A stretch of 64,000 nucleotides of DNA from Mobula hypostoma (Eukaryota). A program made the translations under genes and the position numbers. The stretch lies in assembly GCF_963921235.1 (NCBI RefSeq), contig NC_086097.1:244902001-244966000 (forward strand). Direction: 5' to 3'. This document shows, in pieces, positions 39,330 to 52,040 of the stretch. A model generated the notes under the pieces. That model made no database searches. It had not been told where the DNA came from and worked only from the letters and a program-made list of their open reading frames with translations. Positions within the stretch are counted from its first letter, which is position 1; each line of letters begins with the position of its first letter.

Positions 39330-40450
39330 CAATGGTGAACAATCATACCTCCTGCATCCATGTGCAAATCATTCACATATATCACAAGAGCACTGATAGC
39401 TGTGGAATAACATTAGTCACAGGCATCTAACCATGAATACGACCCTCTACTGTTATCTTCTGTCCTCTATTACTAAGCCAATTTTGGATCCTACTTGACA
39501 TCATGGGCCCTAACCTTTTGGACAGATCTACCAGGACAGACCTTGTCAAAGGCCGTTTTAAAGTCCATGTAGACCACATCTACTATACTTCCCTCCGCTC
39601 ATCATTGCTCTTTGTTAATTACTCAAAAAATTCAATCAAATTGACAGCTATGTCCTCGGTTGACACAGCCATGACAGCCATCTCAGATCACATAGAACGA
39701 AGAACAATACAGCACAGGAACGGGCCCTTTAGCCTGTTGTGCTGAACCAATTAAATGAATAATCAAAAGGCTAACTAAACTAATCCCCTCTGCCAATGCA
39801 ATGTCCATATCCATAAGTTTTCCTCACATTCATCTATCTGAACTTCTCTTAAAAGTCTAATGTATCTGCCTCTACCACCACCCCAGTCAGCACATTCAAG
39901 GCACCCACTGCTTTCTGTGTAAAAAAATCTTGCTTCTCATTTGAAATTACCCCCTCTCACCTAATTGCATGCCCTCTGGTATCAAACATTTTAACCCTGG
40001 AGGAAAAATACTGTCTGTCTACTCTATATATGCCTCTCATAATCTTGTATTTCATTATCTCATTATAGCTCATGTCCTCTAATCCAGGCAGCATCCTGGT
40101 AAACCTTTTCTGCCCCCTCTCCAAGGCCTCAACATTCTTCCTATAATGAGGTGACCAGAACTGTATGCAATACTTCAAATGCAGCCTGATTAGAGTTTTA
40201 CAAAGCTGCAACATAACTTTCTGACTTCTGAATTCAGTGCCTTGCCTAATAAAGGCAAACATGCCTTATGCCTTTGTTACCACCCAATCAACCTATTTAT
40301 CCACTTACAGGGAGCTATGAGCTTGGACCCCAAGATCCCTCTGCTGATTAACACTGTTTTTCCAAGTGTGCATGAATCCTGTCCCTCAGAATTTTTTTTC
40401 AATAACTTCGTAGTACTGCCATACCAGGCTTTTCTCTGCCATACTATATG
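39330..40450 (-). mobile_element. Decayed CR1 fragments
   Basis: ORF 39957-40262 has HLKYCIQFWSPHYRKNVEALE and RFTRMLPGL. Confidence 0.8.
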
Positions 40451-40728
40451 AAAAGAGGGACCTCATTCACCATCCTCCAGTCATCTGGCAGAATCTTAAA
40501 AATCTCAGCCTGTGACGCAATGATCTTTTCACTTGTCTCCAATTAAAATGTGAGGTCTTTATGGTTTTACTCTGCTTACTGCCTGTTCATGGTTTTTTCC
40601 TTGAGAATTTCTGAACTAAATTTATTTACTAATGCTTGATTGTTTGTCATTGTTTTAACTTTATGTAAGTTATGGCAACATGTATGAGGTGGAAAAAGCA
40701 CTTTCAGTTTTTGCTTTGCAAATTACAG

Positions 40729-40872
40729 GTGAAAGTTGCCATTTTGAAATACATTGAGACCTTGACGATACAAATGGAGCCAGCAGATTTTGTAAACTCT
40801 AGTGAAACACGTCTGGCAGTATCACGAATCATCACATGGACAACAGAGCCAAAGAGCTCTGATGTTCGAAAG
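40729..40872 (+). CDS. CLASP2: CLASP2 coding exon: VKVAILKYIETLTIQMEPADFVNSSETRLAVSRIITWTTEPKSSDVRK
   Basis: ttacAG|GTG to AAG|GTACCT, 144 nt, phase 0-0. Confidence 0.97.
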
Positions 40873-41499
40873 GTACCTGCTTTACCTGATTTACCTTTGT
40901 ATTGTTTTCTTGGTCTGACTTGTTCTTATGGCACTTTACATTTGTCAAAGCATATACGATTATTTCAGTTAATTTAATCATTTTTCCCAATTAGTTTATT
41001 CATTTAAATTTGTATTCGCTTAACAAAACAGCAATATAATTGAAATGCCTGAATCAGAATCAGGTTTATTCAGGCCATTGGTTCAGAAGTTTCATGACTA
41101 TTCTTAAGTCTGTTCATCTGAGCTTCAAGCTCCTGGAGCAACAAATAATCTGCTGGAAGAACCAGAATCAGGCTTAAAATCACTGGCATGAAGTTGTTGT
41201 TTTGAGGCATCAGTACATTGCATAACTAATAATAAAAACTAAAATTATAATAAGTATAAAAAAAGAAAGCAAAGCAAGCTAAATAAGTAGTGCAAAAAGA
41301 GAGCAAAAAAAAGAAAAACATTGAAGTAGTATACATTGAGGAAGGTAAATATTGAGCTCGTCATCTGTTCAGAAATCTGATTGCAGAGGGATAGAAGCTG
41401 TTCCTCAAGCATTGTTTGTGTCCCTTCAGGCTCATGTACCTCTTCGTTGATGGTAACATTGAGAAGAGGGCATGTCCTGGGCGATGGGAGTCCTTAGAG

Positions 41500-42890
41500 C
41501 AAAAATTAGTGGGAAGTGAAAAGGATTGAGGAGCTTTTAAAAACCAACTGAAGGCAACTAAAAAGTCATTAAGAAGGTAAAGATGGAATACAAAAGTAAA
41601 CTAACCAATAATATTAAAGAGGATACCAAAAGTTTCTTCAGATACATAAAATGTAAAAGAGAGTCAAGTGGATATCGGACCGCTGCAAAATGATGCTGGA
41701 GAGGTAGTAATGGGAAACAACGAAATGGTAGATGAAGTGAATAAGAATTTTGCATCAGTCTTCACTGTGGAAGACACCATCAGTATGGTGGAAGTTCCAG
41801 GTGTCAGAAGTCACGAAGTGTGTGAAGTTACCATATCTAGAGAGAAGGTTCTTGGGAAACTAAAAGGTCTGAAGGAGGTGGCTGAAGAGATTGTGGAGAC
41901 ATTAATAATGATCTTTCAAAAAAATCATTGGACTCTGGCATTGTGCCAGAGGACTGGAAATTAGAAGAAAGGAAACTATAGGTCAGTTAGTCTGACCTCA
42001 GTGGTTGGGAAGATGTTGGAGTGGAATATTAAGGATGAGGTTTTGTGGTACTTGGAGGCACATGATCAACTAGGCCATAGTCAGCATGGTTTCCTCAAAG
42101 GAAAATCTTGCCAGACAAATCTGTTGTAATTCTTTGAAGAAATAACAAGCAGGATGGATCAAGGAGAATCGGTTGATGTTGTGTACTTGGATTTTCAGAA
42201 GGCTTTTGTCAAGGTGCCACTCATGAGGCTGCTTAACAAGCTAATTAGCCCATGGTATTACAGAAAAGATTCAAGCATGGGTAAAGCAGTGGCTGATTGG
42301 CAGGAGGCAAAGAGTGGGAATAAAGGGAGCCTTTTATGGTTGGCTGCTGATGACTAGTGGTGTTCCACAGGGGTCTGTACTGGGACTGATTCTTTTTACA
42401 TTATATTTTAATGATTTGGATGATGGAATTGATGGCTTTGTTGCAAAGTTTGCAGACAATATGAAGATAGGTGGAAGGGCAGGTAGTTTATGGGAAGTAG
42501 AGAGGCACCAGAAGGACTTCGACAGATTCGGATAATGGGCAAAGAAATAGCAGATGGAATACAGTGTCGGGAAGTGTATGGTCATGCACTTTGGTAGAAG
42601 AAGTGAAAGAGTTGACTATTTTCTAAATGGAGAAAAAATACAAATAACTGAGGCGTAAAAGGACTTGGGAGTCCTTGTGCAGGATTCCTAAAGGTTCATT
42701 TGCAGGTTGAGTCTGTGGTGAGGAAGGCAAATGCAATGTTAGCATTCATTTCAAGAAGACTAGAATATTAAAGCAAGAATGTAATGTTGAGACTTTATAA
42801 AGCACTAGTGAAGCCTTGTGTGGAGTAATGTGACCATTTTTGGATCAAATGGCCTAATTCTGCTCCTATATTTTATGGTCTTATAGTCTT
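41500..42890 (+). mobile_element. CR1 LINE ORF2 fragment
   Basis: VDVVYLDFQKAF, SGVPQGSVLG and AKFADNMKIGG. CR1 tail at about 42850-42890. Confidence 0.9.
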
Positions 42891-43694
42891 AATGATGAAT
42901 TCTGTCTTTTTGAGGCCTCGTCTTTTGAAAATGTCTTTGATGCTGGGGCAGCTAATGAATGGTCTTGCATTTTAAAACACTAATGAAAAATAACTCTTTA
43001 CTATGAATAATCTTTGTTATCTTTTAAGAAGCTGGTATAATAGCTGCAAGAGTCAAAAGCCTGTTCATTCCAGTTTCTGCCTAATTCTCTCACCGTTTGC
43101 CCTTTTTCAATTTTATATTCTCCTGTAATATCCACACTTATCCTTATTCATAGTCATCTTAAAATTTCATGAGCTTTGATCACTGTTTGCTAAATGTTCT
43201 GCCACGGTCTGCTCTGGACTATACAACATCCAAGGAGAGCTAGCAAGCTAAATGCAAAGTTAGCTGACCGGTAGGAAACAGAGGGTGGCGGTGGAGAGAG
43301 AGTACTCAAGCTGGTGGTTTGTGACTAGTGATTGTGTCCCAATGGTTGTTGCTGGGCCCACTGTTATTTGTCATCTATATTAAAGATATGGATGAAAATA
43401 TGAGCAGTAGTGAATAAGTTTACAGTTGATACTAAAATAGTAGTTATAGTGCAGAAACTATCAAATTGCGGTGGGTCTTGATTAGTGGCAAATGGAATTT
43501 AATTCAGAAAAGTGTGAAGTGTTACATTTAGGAAGGACAAATCAAGATGGGGCTTTTACATTGAATGTAAAGACCCAGCTACTGTTGGACAACAGAAGGA
43601 CCTTGGAATATGAATGCTTAGTTCTTTTAAAGTGGAGTCACAGGTGGACAAGATAATGAAGAATATAAAATATGTCAGGGCATTGAATATAAAA

Positions 43695-44150
43695 TTCCCA
43701 TTCCCATTCCAGCATGTCAGTCCATGGCCTCCTCTTGTGACGCGATGAGGCTACCCTCAGGGTGGGGGAGCAATACCTTATATTCGGCAACCTGATGGCG
43801 TGAACATTGATTTTTGCCTTCCAGTTAAAAAAAAAATTCCTTTTCCCTCCCTTCTTCCATTTCCCACTTTGGCCTCTTACCTCTTCTTACTTGCCTATCA
43901 TCTCCCCCGGTGCCCCTCCTCCTCCTTTTTCTCCTTTGATCCACTCTGCTATCAGATTCCTTCCTCTCCAGCCTTTTATTTTTCCCACCCACCTGGCTTC
44001 ACCTAATGCCTTCTCCTCCCCCCCCCCTTTTTATTCTGGCATGTCACTCCTTCCTTTCCAGTCCCAAAGGAGGATCTTGGCCCAAAACATTGACTGTTTA
44101 TTCAGTTTTGTAGATGCTATCTGACCTGCTGAGCTCTTCCAGCATTGAAT
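43695..44150 (+). mobile_element. Older Penelope-like 3' fragment with degenerate hammerhead
   Basis: Diverged match to 16445-16990 (CCCATTCCCATTCC, CAACCTGATGGCGTGAACATTGA). Hammerhead core decayed at about 44060-44095. Confidence 0.75.
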
Positions 44151-44244
44151 GTAGAGGTTTGGAAGTAGGGTTGGTGAGATAACATGTGGAGCATTGTGGA
44201 GTTTTAGCCACCCAGTTACAGAATCTGGGCCTCTGTACCTCCAT

Positions 44245-44935
44245 CTGCAATTGGATCCTCGACTTCCTAAGTGGAAGACCACAATCTGTGCGGATTGGTG
44301 ATAACGTCTCCTAGCTGATGATCAACACTGGTGTGTGCTTAGCCCACTGCTCTACTCTCTCTATACCCATGACTGTGTGGCTAGGCATAGCTCAAATACC
44401 ATCTATAAATTTGCTGACGATACAACCATGGTTGGTAGAATCTCAGATGGAGAAGAGAGGGTGTACAGGAGCGAGATATGCCAATTAGTGGGGTGGTGTC
44501 GTGGCAACAACCTGGCACTCAATGTCAGTATGACAAAAGAGCTGATTGTGGACTTCAGGAAGGGTAAGACGAAGCACAGGACAGAGAGAAGCTGCAAAGG
44601 GTTGTAAATTTAGTCGGCTCCATCTTGGGTACTAACCTACAAAGTACCCAGGACATCTTCAAGGAGCAGTGTCTCAGAAAGGCAGCATCCATTATTAAGG
44701 GCATCCAGCACCCAGGGCATGCCCTTTTCTCACCGTTACCTTCAGGTAGGAGGTACAGAAGCCTGAAGGCACACGCTCAGTGATTCAAGAACAGTTTCTT
44801 CCCCCGCCATCCGATTCCTAAATGGACATTGAACCCATAAACACTACCTCACTTTTTTAATATGTATTATTTCTGTTTTTTGCATGATTTTTAATTTATT
44901 CAATATACATATACTATACATTTTTATATTGAGCA
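44245..44935 (+). mobile_element. Rex1/Babar-like LINE fragment
   Basis: LSPLLYSLYTHDC, YKFADDTT and NNLALNVSMTKELIVDFRK. Confidence 0.85.
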
Positions 44936-45028
44936 ATAATTGAAAAGCTGCAATTGAAATTATGAATATTGTGATGGGTTTAATTAAATTTCTCTCAGTG
45001 TTACTTCAAACAATCTTTTCTCTTTTAG

Positions 45029-45172
45029 GCTGCCCAGGCAGTTTTAATATGCCTGTTTCAACTCAACACACCAGAGTTCAGCATGCTGCTTGGAGCCCTA
45101 CCTAAAACATTCCAAGATGGAGCAACCAAACTTCTTCAAACACACCTTCGCAGTTTAGGCAATACTATCCAG
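45029..45172 (+). CDS. CLASP2: CLASP2 coding exon: AAQAVLICLFQLNTPEFSMLLGALPKTFQDGATKLLQTHLRSLGNTIQ
   Basis: cttttctcttttAG|GCT to CAG|GTACTT, 144 nt, phase 0-0. LNTPEF and MLLGALPKTFQDGATKLL are CLASP signatures. Not in the ORF track. Confidence 0.97.
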
Positions 45173-47009
45173 GTACTTTTGCTTTGGTCCTTAAATCATT
45201 TTAGTGGTAACGTAACCTTGTTCAGTTAAACAGGTTGTGCATGCAGATTTAAAACATTTATGATAAAGTTAACTGCTTCAATAAGCCAGATTCAATTATG
45301 ACCGCAAGGTTTGAAACTCTAACATACGTTCTATTGACTTTGGTTTCCATATGGTACCCCTCACCTATAGAGTCATAGAAAAGTAAAGCACAGAAACAGG
45401 CCCTTCAGTCCATCTAGTCTGTAGCGAACTATTTAAACTGCCAAGTCCCATCAACCTACACCCATACCATAACCCTCCATACCTCTCCCACCTATGCACC
45501 TATCTTTGTCAAGTTCCATGAAGGGTTTTAGTGCTTACGCTATATTCATTTGATAGCAGTGATCACCTTGCTGCAGTAGTGCCTTCTTTATTTTATGCAA
45601 TGGATTGCCAAAGCAAGATACTTTCTAACTAATGAAAAAAAAAGCCGTCCCCTCTTAAAAGGATCGAAGATGGCACCAAGGCCTGGTGACTTGTTGCAGG
45701 CTGCTCTCATTACTTCCGTTGTAATCATTCTATTCTTTCACTTCAATGCTCTGTTGTATGAATTGTTCTGTACGAACAGTATGCAATATTAGTTTTTCCA
45801 CTGTACCTCTACATGTGACAAACGTAAACCAATTTGCCAATTTAGTCCACTGCCTTTTCCATTTAATTTATCCTTTCTAAATTTCAAATACTCTGGATTA
45901 CTTAGTCAATGAAGGCTTATTTCTCTGATGACAATCAGAGTATATCCATTCATGCTGCTATTTATCCTCCTTGCTGGAGCAGAATGCATCGGGTTAAAGT
46001 GCACTCTAACTTAACTTGTTAAACTTTCTGTTCTCTGACCCACCTTGCAGATATTTCCACTGCCTATTTGGTTTACTGACTAAATTTCTAACTTGCATTT
46101 CTAGTCTCCTTCCTGGGTCTTCTCTCAATTTTCCATCCATTTGCCAAAAAAAAAACATTTTGCAGAAGTACCCTCCTCAAAAGCAAGTTCCCTTGCTAGG
46201 ATACTTGCCTTGGCAAGTATACACCTTTGGCAAGTTTACACCTTTGAGGTGTAAACTTTCCAACTTGTACATGTCCCAGAATGAGTCCCAGACATTCAGA
46301 ATGTTAAACTATCAGCTATGCACTAATTCCCCATCCTTCTGCTTCAGTCCTTGTTAGCACGTAATACTAGGAGTAACCCTGAGATTATCAACTTTTAAAA
46401 TCCTGCCTTTTAATCCCATTTTAAGCTTGGGCAACACAGCATCTTAAAGTCATATTCATTTGCTATTGTAATCTCTCAATTGCTAAATCTTTTTATCAGT
46501 ATTCCTTCTCCCCATCGTATAGCTGAACCACTTTCTGGCTCTGGCTGTTCCCCCATGAACTGTCATCACTCTCACCCCTCTATCTAAAAGGGAAAATCCC
46601 TTAGGGTGTGAGAATAATCAGGAGACAGCTGAACTGGCTGCCTGATGCTGCTATCTGCATTTCGGTCACCTATTCCCTCTCAATCGGCTCATTTTGGCGT
46701 TTGCCATTCCCTATTACATAAAAGAGACACTATATAATTACTTTTCAAAGACAGGCAACAAGATTTCATTCTAAAGTAAGCAAGTAGCTGGCTTTGTGTT
46801 GGATATAGGTTTGTCTACAATATGGCACTCAATGGACTACGTTGATTGCATTCTGGGCACCACATATCAGCTCTGAGGTATATCATAATTGAAAGGAGTT
46901 CTCCCCTCTCAATATTCTTGCAATGTCTTGAATTCTCTCAAATGAGTGGAGCCTCACTCATCGATTGCATTAGAAGATGAGGTCAGTGGGTTTCTGGATG
47001 TTAAAGACA

Positions 47010-47590
47010 TAATAAGACCATAAGGCACAGGAGCAGAATTAGGCCATTCAGCCCTTCAAATCTGCTCTGCTATTCCATTAAGGTTTGTTTATTATCCCTG
47101 TCAACCCCATTCTCCTGCATTTTCACCATAACCTTTGATGCCCTGACTAACCAAGAACCTTTAGACCTCTGCTTTAAATATACTCAATGACTTGTCTCCA
47201 CAGCCATCTGTGGCAATGAATTCCACAGATTCACTACCCGCTGGCTAAAGAAATTCCTCCTCATCACTGCTCTAAATGGTCGTCCCTCTTTCTAAGGTTG
47301 TACCCTCAAGTCCTAGAGTCACCCACTGTAGGAAGCATCCTCTGCACTCTATCTAGACCTTTCAACATTCAACAGGTTTCAATGAGATCCCCCATCTTTC
47401 TTCTAAACTCTAACGAGTGCAGGCACTGAGCCATCGAACGCTCCTCATTCCTGGGATCAATCTTATAAACTTCCTTTGAGCCCTCCACAATGCCAGCACA
47501 TCTCTTCTTAGATAAAGAAAAACTGCTCACAGTGCTCCAAGTACAATCTGACCAATGCCTTATAAAGCCTCAGCATGACATCCTTGCTTT
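47010..47590 (-). mobile_element. CR1 LINE 3' fragment
   Basis: Begins ATAAGACCATAAG then GGAGCAGAATTAGGCCATTC (reverse CR1 tail). Homologous to 25800-26350. Confidence 0.8.
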
Positions 47591-47683
47591 GAAATTTTAG
47601 TTTACATTGCAATTCGCCTTAAATTTCTCTATTTTCAAAGAGAATTGTGAGACTAAAACTTAACTTTTCCTGCATGATAAACA

Positions 47684-47940
47684 GAACTGCAGAACATCCA
47701 GTGAGCGGCAGTTCTGGGTGAAATTGCCTTGTTAATGAGAGAGGTCAGAGTAGAATGGCCGGACTGGTTCAGGCTGACAGGAAGGTGACAGTAACTCAAA
47801 TAACCACACATTGCAACAGTGGTGGGCAGAAGAGCATTTCTGAGCGTACAATATGTTGAGCCTTGAAGTGGAAGGGCTACAGCAGCAGCAGAAGACCATC
47901 CTGGATTCCCTCCTGAACCTAATAATGTGGCCACTGAGTG
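47684..47940 (+). mobile_element. Partial non-autonomous Tc1-like element (family of 5494-6895)
   Basis: Ends GTGGCCACTGAGTG|TA. Body matches 53500-53716. Confidence 0.7.
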
Positions 47941-48479
47941 TATGCAGCCCAGCACTTCTACAAGGCAACCTTTCCTTGCATTTCTTTCAGAGATGTCGAG
48001 TTCATGGACATAACCATAAAAACATATAATCAAGCATTGACAGCATTTGCACAGCATCATGCATAATTTCATCTGAAGATTTTCTCCTGCAGGAAAAGTA
48101 CTTAGAAAGTAGAGCACAGCTGAAACCATATTTGTTCATTGGGTCTCCCTTCCACCCATCTGAGATATTTATCTGTAGCATTGTTATACAGGCTTTGTCA
48201 GTGTTCCCTCCAATTTGTCCAACAATCTCTTTAACCCTCCCATCACCCATTATCAGGCAGGTGGTACAATAGCATTAGCACAAGGGCTGTTAGATTGGGA
48301 AATGGCTGCTTCTCCCAGGCCTTGAGACTACTGAATTTCATACCACCACCCAGGTCTCATCATGTATGAAGTGCCAGTAATGTATACTGTTTACTTTTTG
48401 ACTTGTATCGTAAATACACATTATTTGTTAATTTCTTTGTGATAATATTATCTTGTGTGTTGTGTCTGAGTTACACTAC

Positions 48480-49062
48480 CAGTAGGCAGCCATCAATCCT
48501 AGGGGATCATGGGTTTGCACCTCTGGTGGACTGTGTCCTCTCCAGGGTGCAGGACTGGGTGGGAAGATTTGAAGAACTAACTTGCCCACGCAGTGGAATC
48601 CCCCCCCCCCACCACGTCACTGATGTAGTCCAAGGGAAGGGCAAGCGACGATACAGCTTGGCACCAGTGTTGTCGCAGAGGTTGCCAGAGTGAAGTTGTA
48701 AACAACATCAAACTGCCATAGGAACTCCAGCTCCAGATTTCTTCCTCAGGGTCTACTCCTGAAGCCTTTCCCATGAGTGAGTATGGCTGCAAGGCAGCAG
48801 AGGATTACAATCAAAGTTTTCCTTCTCCTAGGTGGGCTGCCATCCAAGGCTGATGAGCCCCACATGCCCCAAGCAACTGGTTTTGAAGCACCAGTCGTCT
48901 GCCTTTGCCCCTTCTCTTGTCAGTAGAAACAGTTTCACCAGGCCATGGAGCTAAGCCAAGAGTTGGACTTAGTTGTCAGAGACTGTTAGAGATACATGCC
49001 ACTTCGAGTACTTTATAGATAGTGGGAGCTTATCCCCACTACCACCCCTGGCTATAACAACC
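48480..49062 (-). mobile_element. Short non-coding (bipartite) RTE-derived retroelement, copy 2
   Basis: Homologous to 22660-23112. The minus-strand 3' end CCCATGATCCCCTAGGATTGATGGCTGCCTACT resembles RTE 3' stem-loops. Confidence 0.6.
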
Positions 49063-49081
49063 TGAGGAACCGTCTGAGTTA

Positions 49082-50726
49082 CAGTGGCTAATAAGAAGTA
49101 TTCACCACCCCCCCCCAGAAGTTTTCATGCTTTATTGTTTTACAGTATTGAATCACAATGGATTTAATTTGCCTTTTTGATACTGGTCAATGGGGAAAAA
49201 AAGACTCTTTTGTGTCAAAATGAAAATAGATCTCTACAAAAGTGAGTCTAAATTAATTACAAATATAAAACACAAAATAATTCATTGCATAAGTATTCAC
49301 CCCCCCCCCTTTAATATGACACACAAAATCATCACTGGTGCAACCAATTGGTTTTAGAAGTTGCATAATTAGTTAAATGGAGCTCTGTTTTTGGAGACCT
49401 TTGTGGAGTTAAGATGTTTCAATTGATTGTAATAAAAATACACCTATACCTGGAAGGTCCAACTGCTTGTGAATCAGTATCGTTGCAAAAACTACACTGT
49501 GAAGACCAAAGAATACTCTAAGCAACTTTGTGTAAAGGTTGTTGAAAAGCACAAATCAGGAGATGGATACAAGAAAATCTCTAAGGCACTGAATATCCCT
49601 TGGAGTACCATTAAGTCAATCATCAAGAAATGGAAAGAATATGGCACAGCTGTAAATCTGCCTAGAGCAGGCCGTCCTCAGAAACTGAGTGCCCGTGCAA
49701 AAAGGAGACTAGTCAGGGAGACCACCAAGAGACCTATGACATCTCTGGAGGAGTTACAAGCTTCAGTGGCTGCAATGGGAGAGACTGCACATACAACAAC
49801 TGTTCCCTGGGTACTTCAACAGTTGCAGCTTTATGGGAGAGTGGCAAAGAGAAAGCCACTGTTGGGAAAAAAAACTCAAATGAAATCTCAGCTCGAATTT
49901 GCCAGAAGGCATGTGGGAGACTCTGAAGTCAGCTGGAAGAAAGTTCTGTGGTCTGATTAAACCAAAATTGAGTTTTTTGGCCATCAGACTAAATGCAATG
50001 TTTGGAGTAAGCCAAACATCACACATCATCAAAAATACATTATCCATAAAGCATGGTGGTGACTGCATCATGCTGTGGGGATGCTTCACTGCAGCAGGCC
50101 CTGGAAGGCTTGTGAAGGTAGAGGGTAAAGTGAATGCAGCAAAATGCAGGGAAATCCTGGAGGAAAACCTGATGCAGTCTGCAAGAGAACTGAGTCTTGG
50201 GAGATTTGTTTCCCGGCAAGACATTGACCCCAAGCATAAAGCCAAAGAAAGCTATACACGAATGACTTGAGAACAACAAAGTTCATGTCCTGGAGTGGCC
50301 AAGTCAGAGTCTAGATCTCAATCTAATTGAGAATTTGTGGCTGGGCTTGAAAGGGGCTGTTCACTCACAATCCCTATGCAGTCTGTCAGAGCTTGAGCAG
50401 TTTTGTAAAGAAGAACGGGGAAAAACTGCAGTGCCCAGATGTGCAAAGCTGATAGAGACCTATCCTCACAGACTCAAGGCTGTAATTGCTGCCAAAGGTG
50501 CATCTTCTAAATACTGACTTGAAGGTGGTGAATACTTAGGCAATCAATTATTTTGTGTTTTATATTTGTAATTAATTTAGATCACTTTGTAGAGATCTGT
50601 TTTCACTTTGACACAAAAGTGTCTTTTTCTGTTGATTAGCGTTAAAAATTAATTAAATCCACTGTGATTCAATGTTGTATAACAATAAAAAGTGAAAACT
50701 TCCGGGGGGGGTGAATACTTCTTATA
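49082..50726 (+). mobile_element. Tc1-family DNA transposon, near full length, disabled transposase
   Basis: TA|CAGTGGC start and long TIRs. Paired-like domain KTKEYSKQL..GDGYKKISK..GRPQKLS, KVLWSD followed by a stop, KHGGDCIMLWGCF, QDIDPKH and IENLW. Same family as 32376-33904. The last bases of the right TIR are missing. Confidence 0.93.
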
Positions 50727-50809
50727 TTTTAAAAAAAGATATTTTGTGTTTTTGAAACAATTGGAAAAATACATGACAGAATAATTTTACATTTTTTTGA
50801 AATCAGCAG

Positions 50810-50916
50810 GGATCAGGAAACAGCTCTGTTGCCAGAAGCACACCACGCTCACCTGCAGGTTGGACCAGTCCCCTTACTTCACCAACCAGTGCAAGTCAGA
50901 ATACTCCACCACCAAG
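50810..50916 (+). CDS. CLASP2: CLASP2 coding exon: GSGNSSVARSTPRSPAGWTSPLTSPTSASQNTPPP(S); alternative acceptor 50807 adds Q
   Basis: aatCAGCAG|GGA to CCAAG|GTAAGG, 107 nt, phase 0 to 2. TPRSPA.W.SPLTSPT matches the CLASP2 linker. Confidence 0.93.
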
Positions 50917-51099
50917 GTAAGGTGAACATAGAGGAGGGGCGCCATTAGTTACTGATGAATTAACATTGTCTTGTGGAACGTTTTCAAGAAATTTTGAAAG
51001 GTCTGAAATATATAGTCAAAGATTTTGTGCATGTCCAAGTAAGTGGATTAATGTAGGAACATGGATTGAACAAAATAACCCAAGAAGTGCATTGGAAAC

Positions 51100-52040
51100 C
51101 ACAGTTAGCTACCTGAACACTTCACCTGTATTCACCATGATGAAATATGTGCATGGAAGTGAGTTCAGGGAGGGGTACGTGGATAATCCGGAGAAGGGCT
51201 ATATTACGAAGAAGGAGGTGTTCGATGTCACCAAACTCTGAAGGGTTGATTTATTAAAAGGGCCGGATGATATCTGAACCAGGTTTGCTACGAGAAGATA
51301 GTTGAAACAAGTGGAATTTAATGCAGACAAATGTGAGGTGTTACACTTTTGGAAGACAAGCCAGGGTAGGACTCATCAGTGAATGATAGGGCACTGTACA
51401 GTAGAACAAAGGGATCTGGGAATACAGATCTATAACTCCTTAAGATTGCATCACAGATAGATAGGGTCATAAAGAGAGTTTTTGGCACATTGGCCTTAGT
51501 AAATTGGAGTATTGAGTACAAGAGTTGCAATGTTATGTTGAAGTTGTATGAGATGATGAAACATAGTTTGGACTATTGTGTGGCGTTCTGGTCGCCACCT
51601 ACAGAAAGGATATGAATAAACCTGAAAGAGTGCAGAGAAAATTTAGAAAGATGTTACCTGGATTTGAGGACCTACTTGTAGGAAAAGGTTAAGTAGATTA
51701 GCACTTTATTCCCTGGAGCATGGGAGAATGAGGGGGGAGTTAATAGAGGTATACAGAATTATAAAGGATATGGATAAAGGTTGAATATGTGCAGGCTTTT
51801 TACTCTGAGGTTAGGTGAGACTGGAACTAAGGTCCTTGGTTTAGGCTTAACGGTAAGATATTTAAGGCAAACCTGGAGGGAATCTCTTCGCTCTGAGGGT
51901 GGTGCCAGTGTGGAACGAGCTGCCCTGCAAAAGTGGTGGATGTGAGTTCAATTGCAACATTTAAGAGATGTTTCAATAGGTGCATGGATGAGGGGGCTAT
52001 GATCTGGGAGTGGATAGCTGGGACTAGGCAGAATAATACT
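51100..52040 (+). mobile_element. Decayed CR1 fragment
   Basis: GGAATTTAATGCAGACAAATGTGAGGTGTTACACTTT and downstream sequence match the reverse complement of 9807-10450. Confidence 0.8.
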
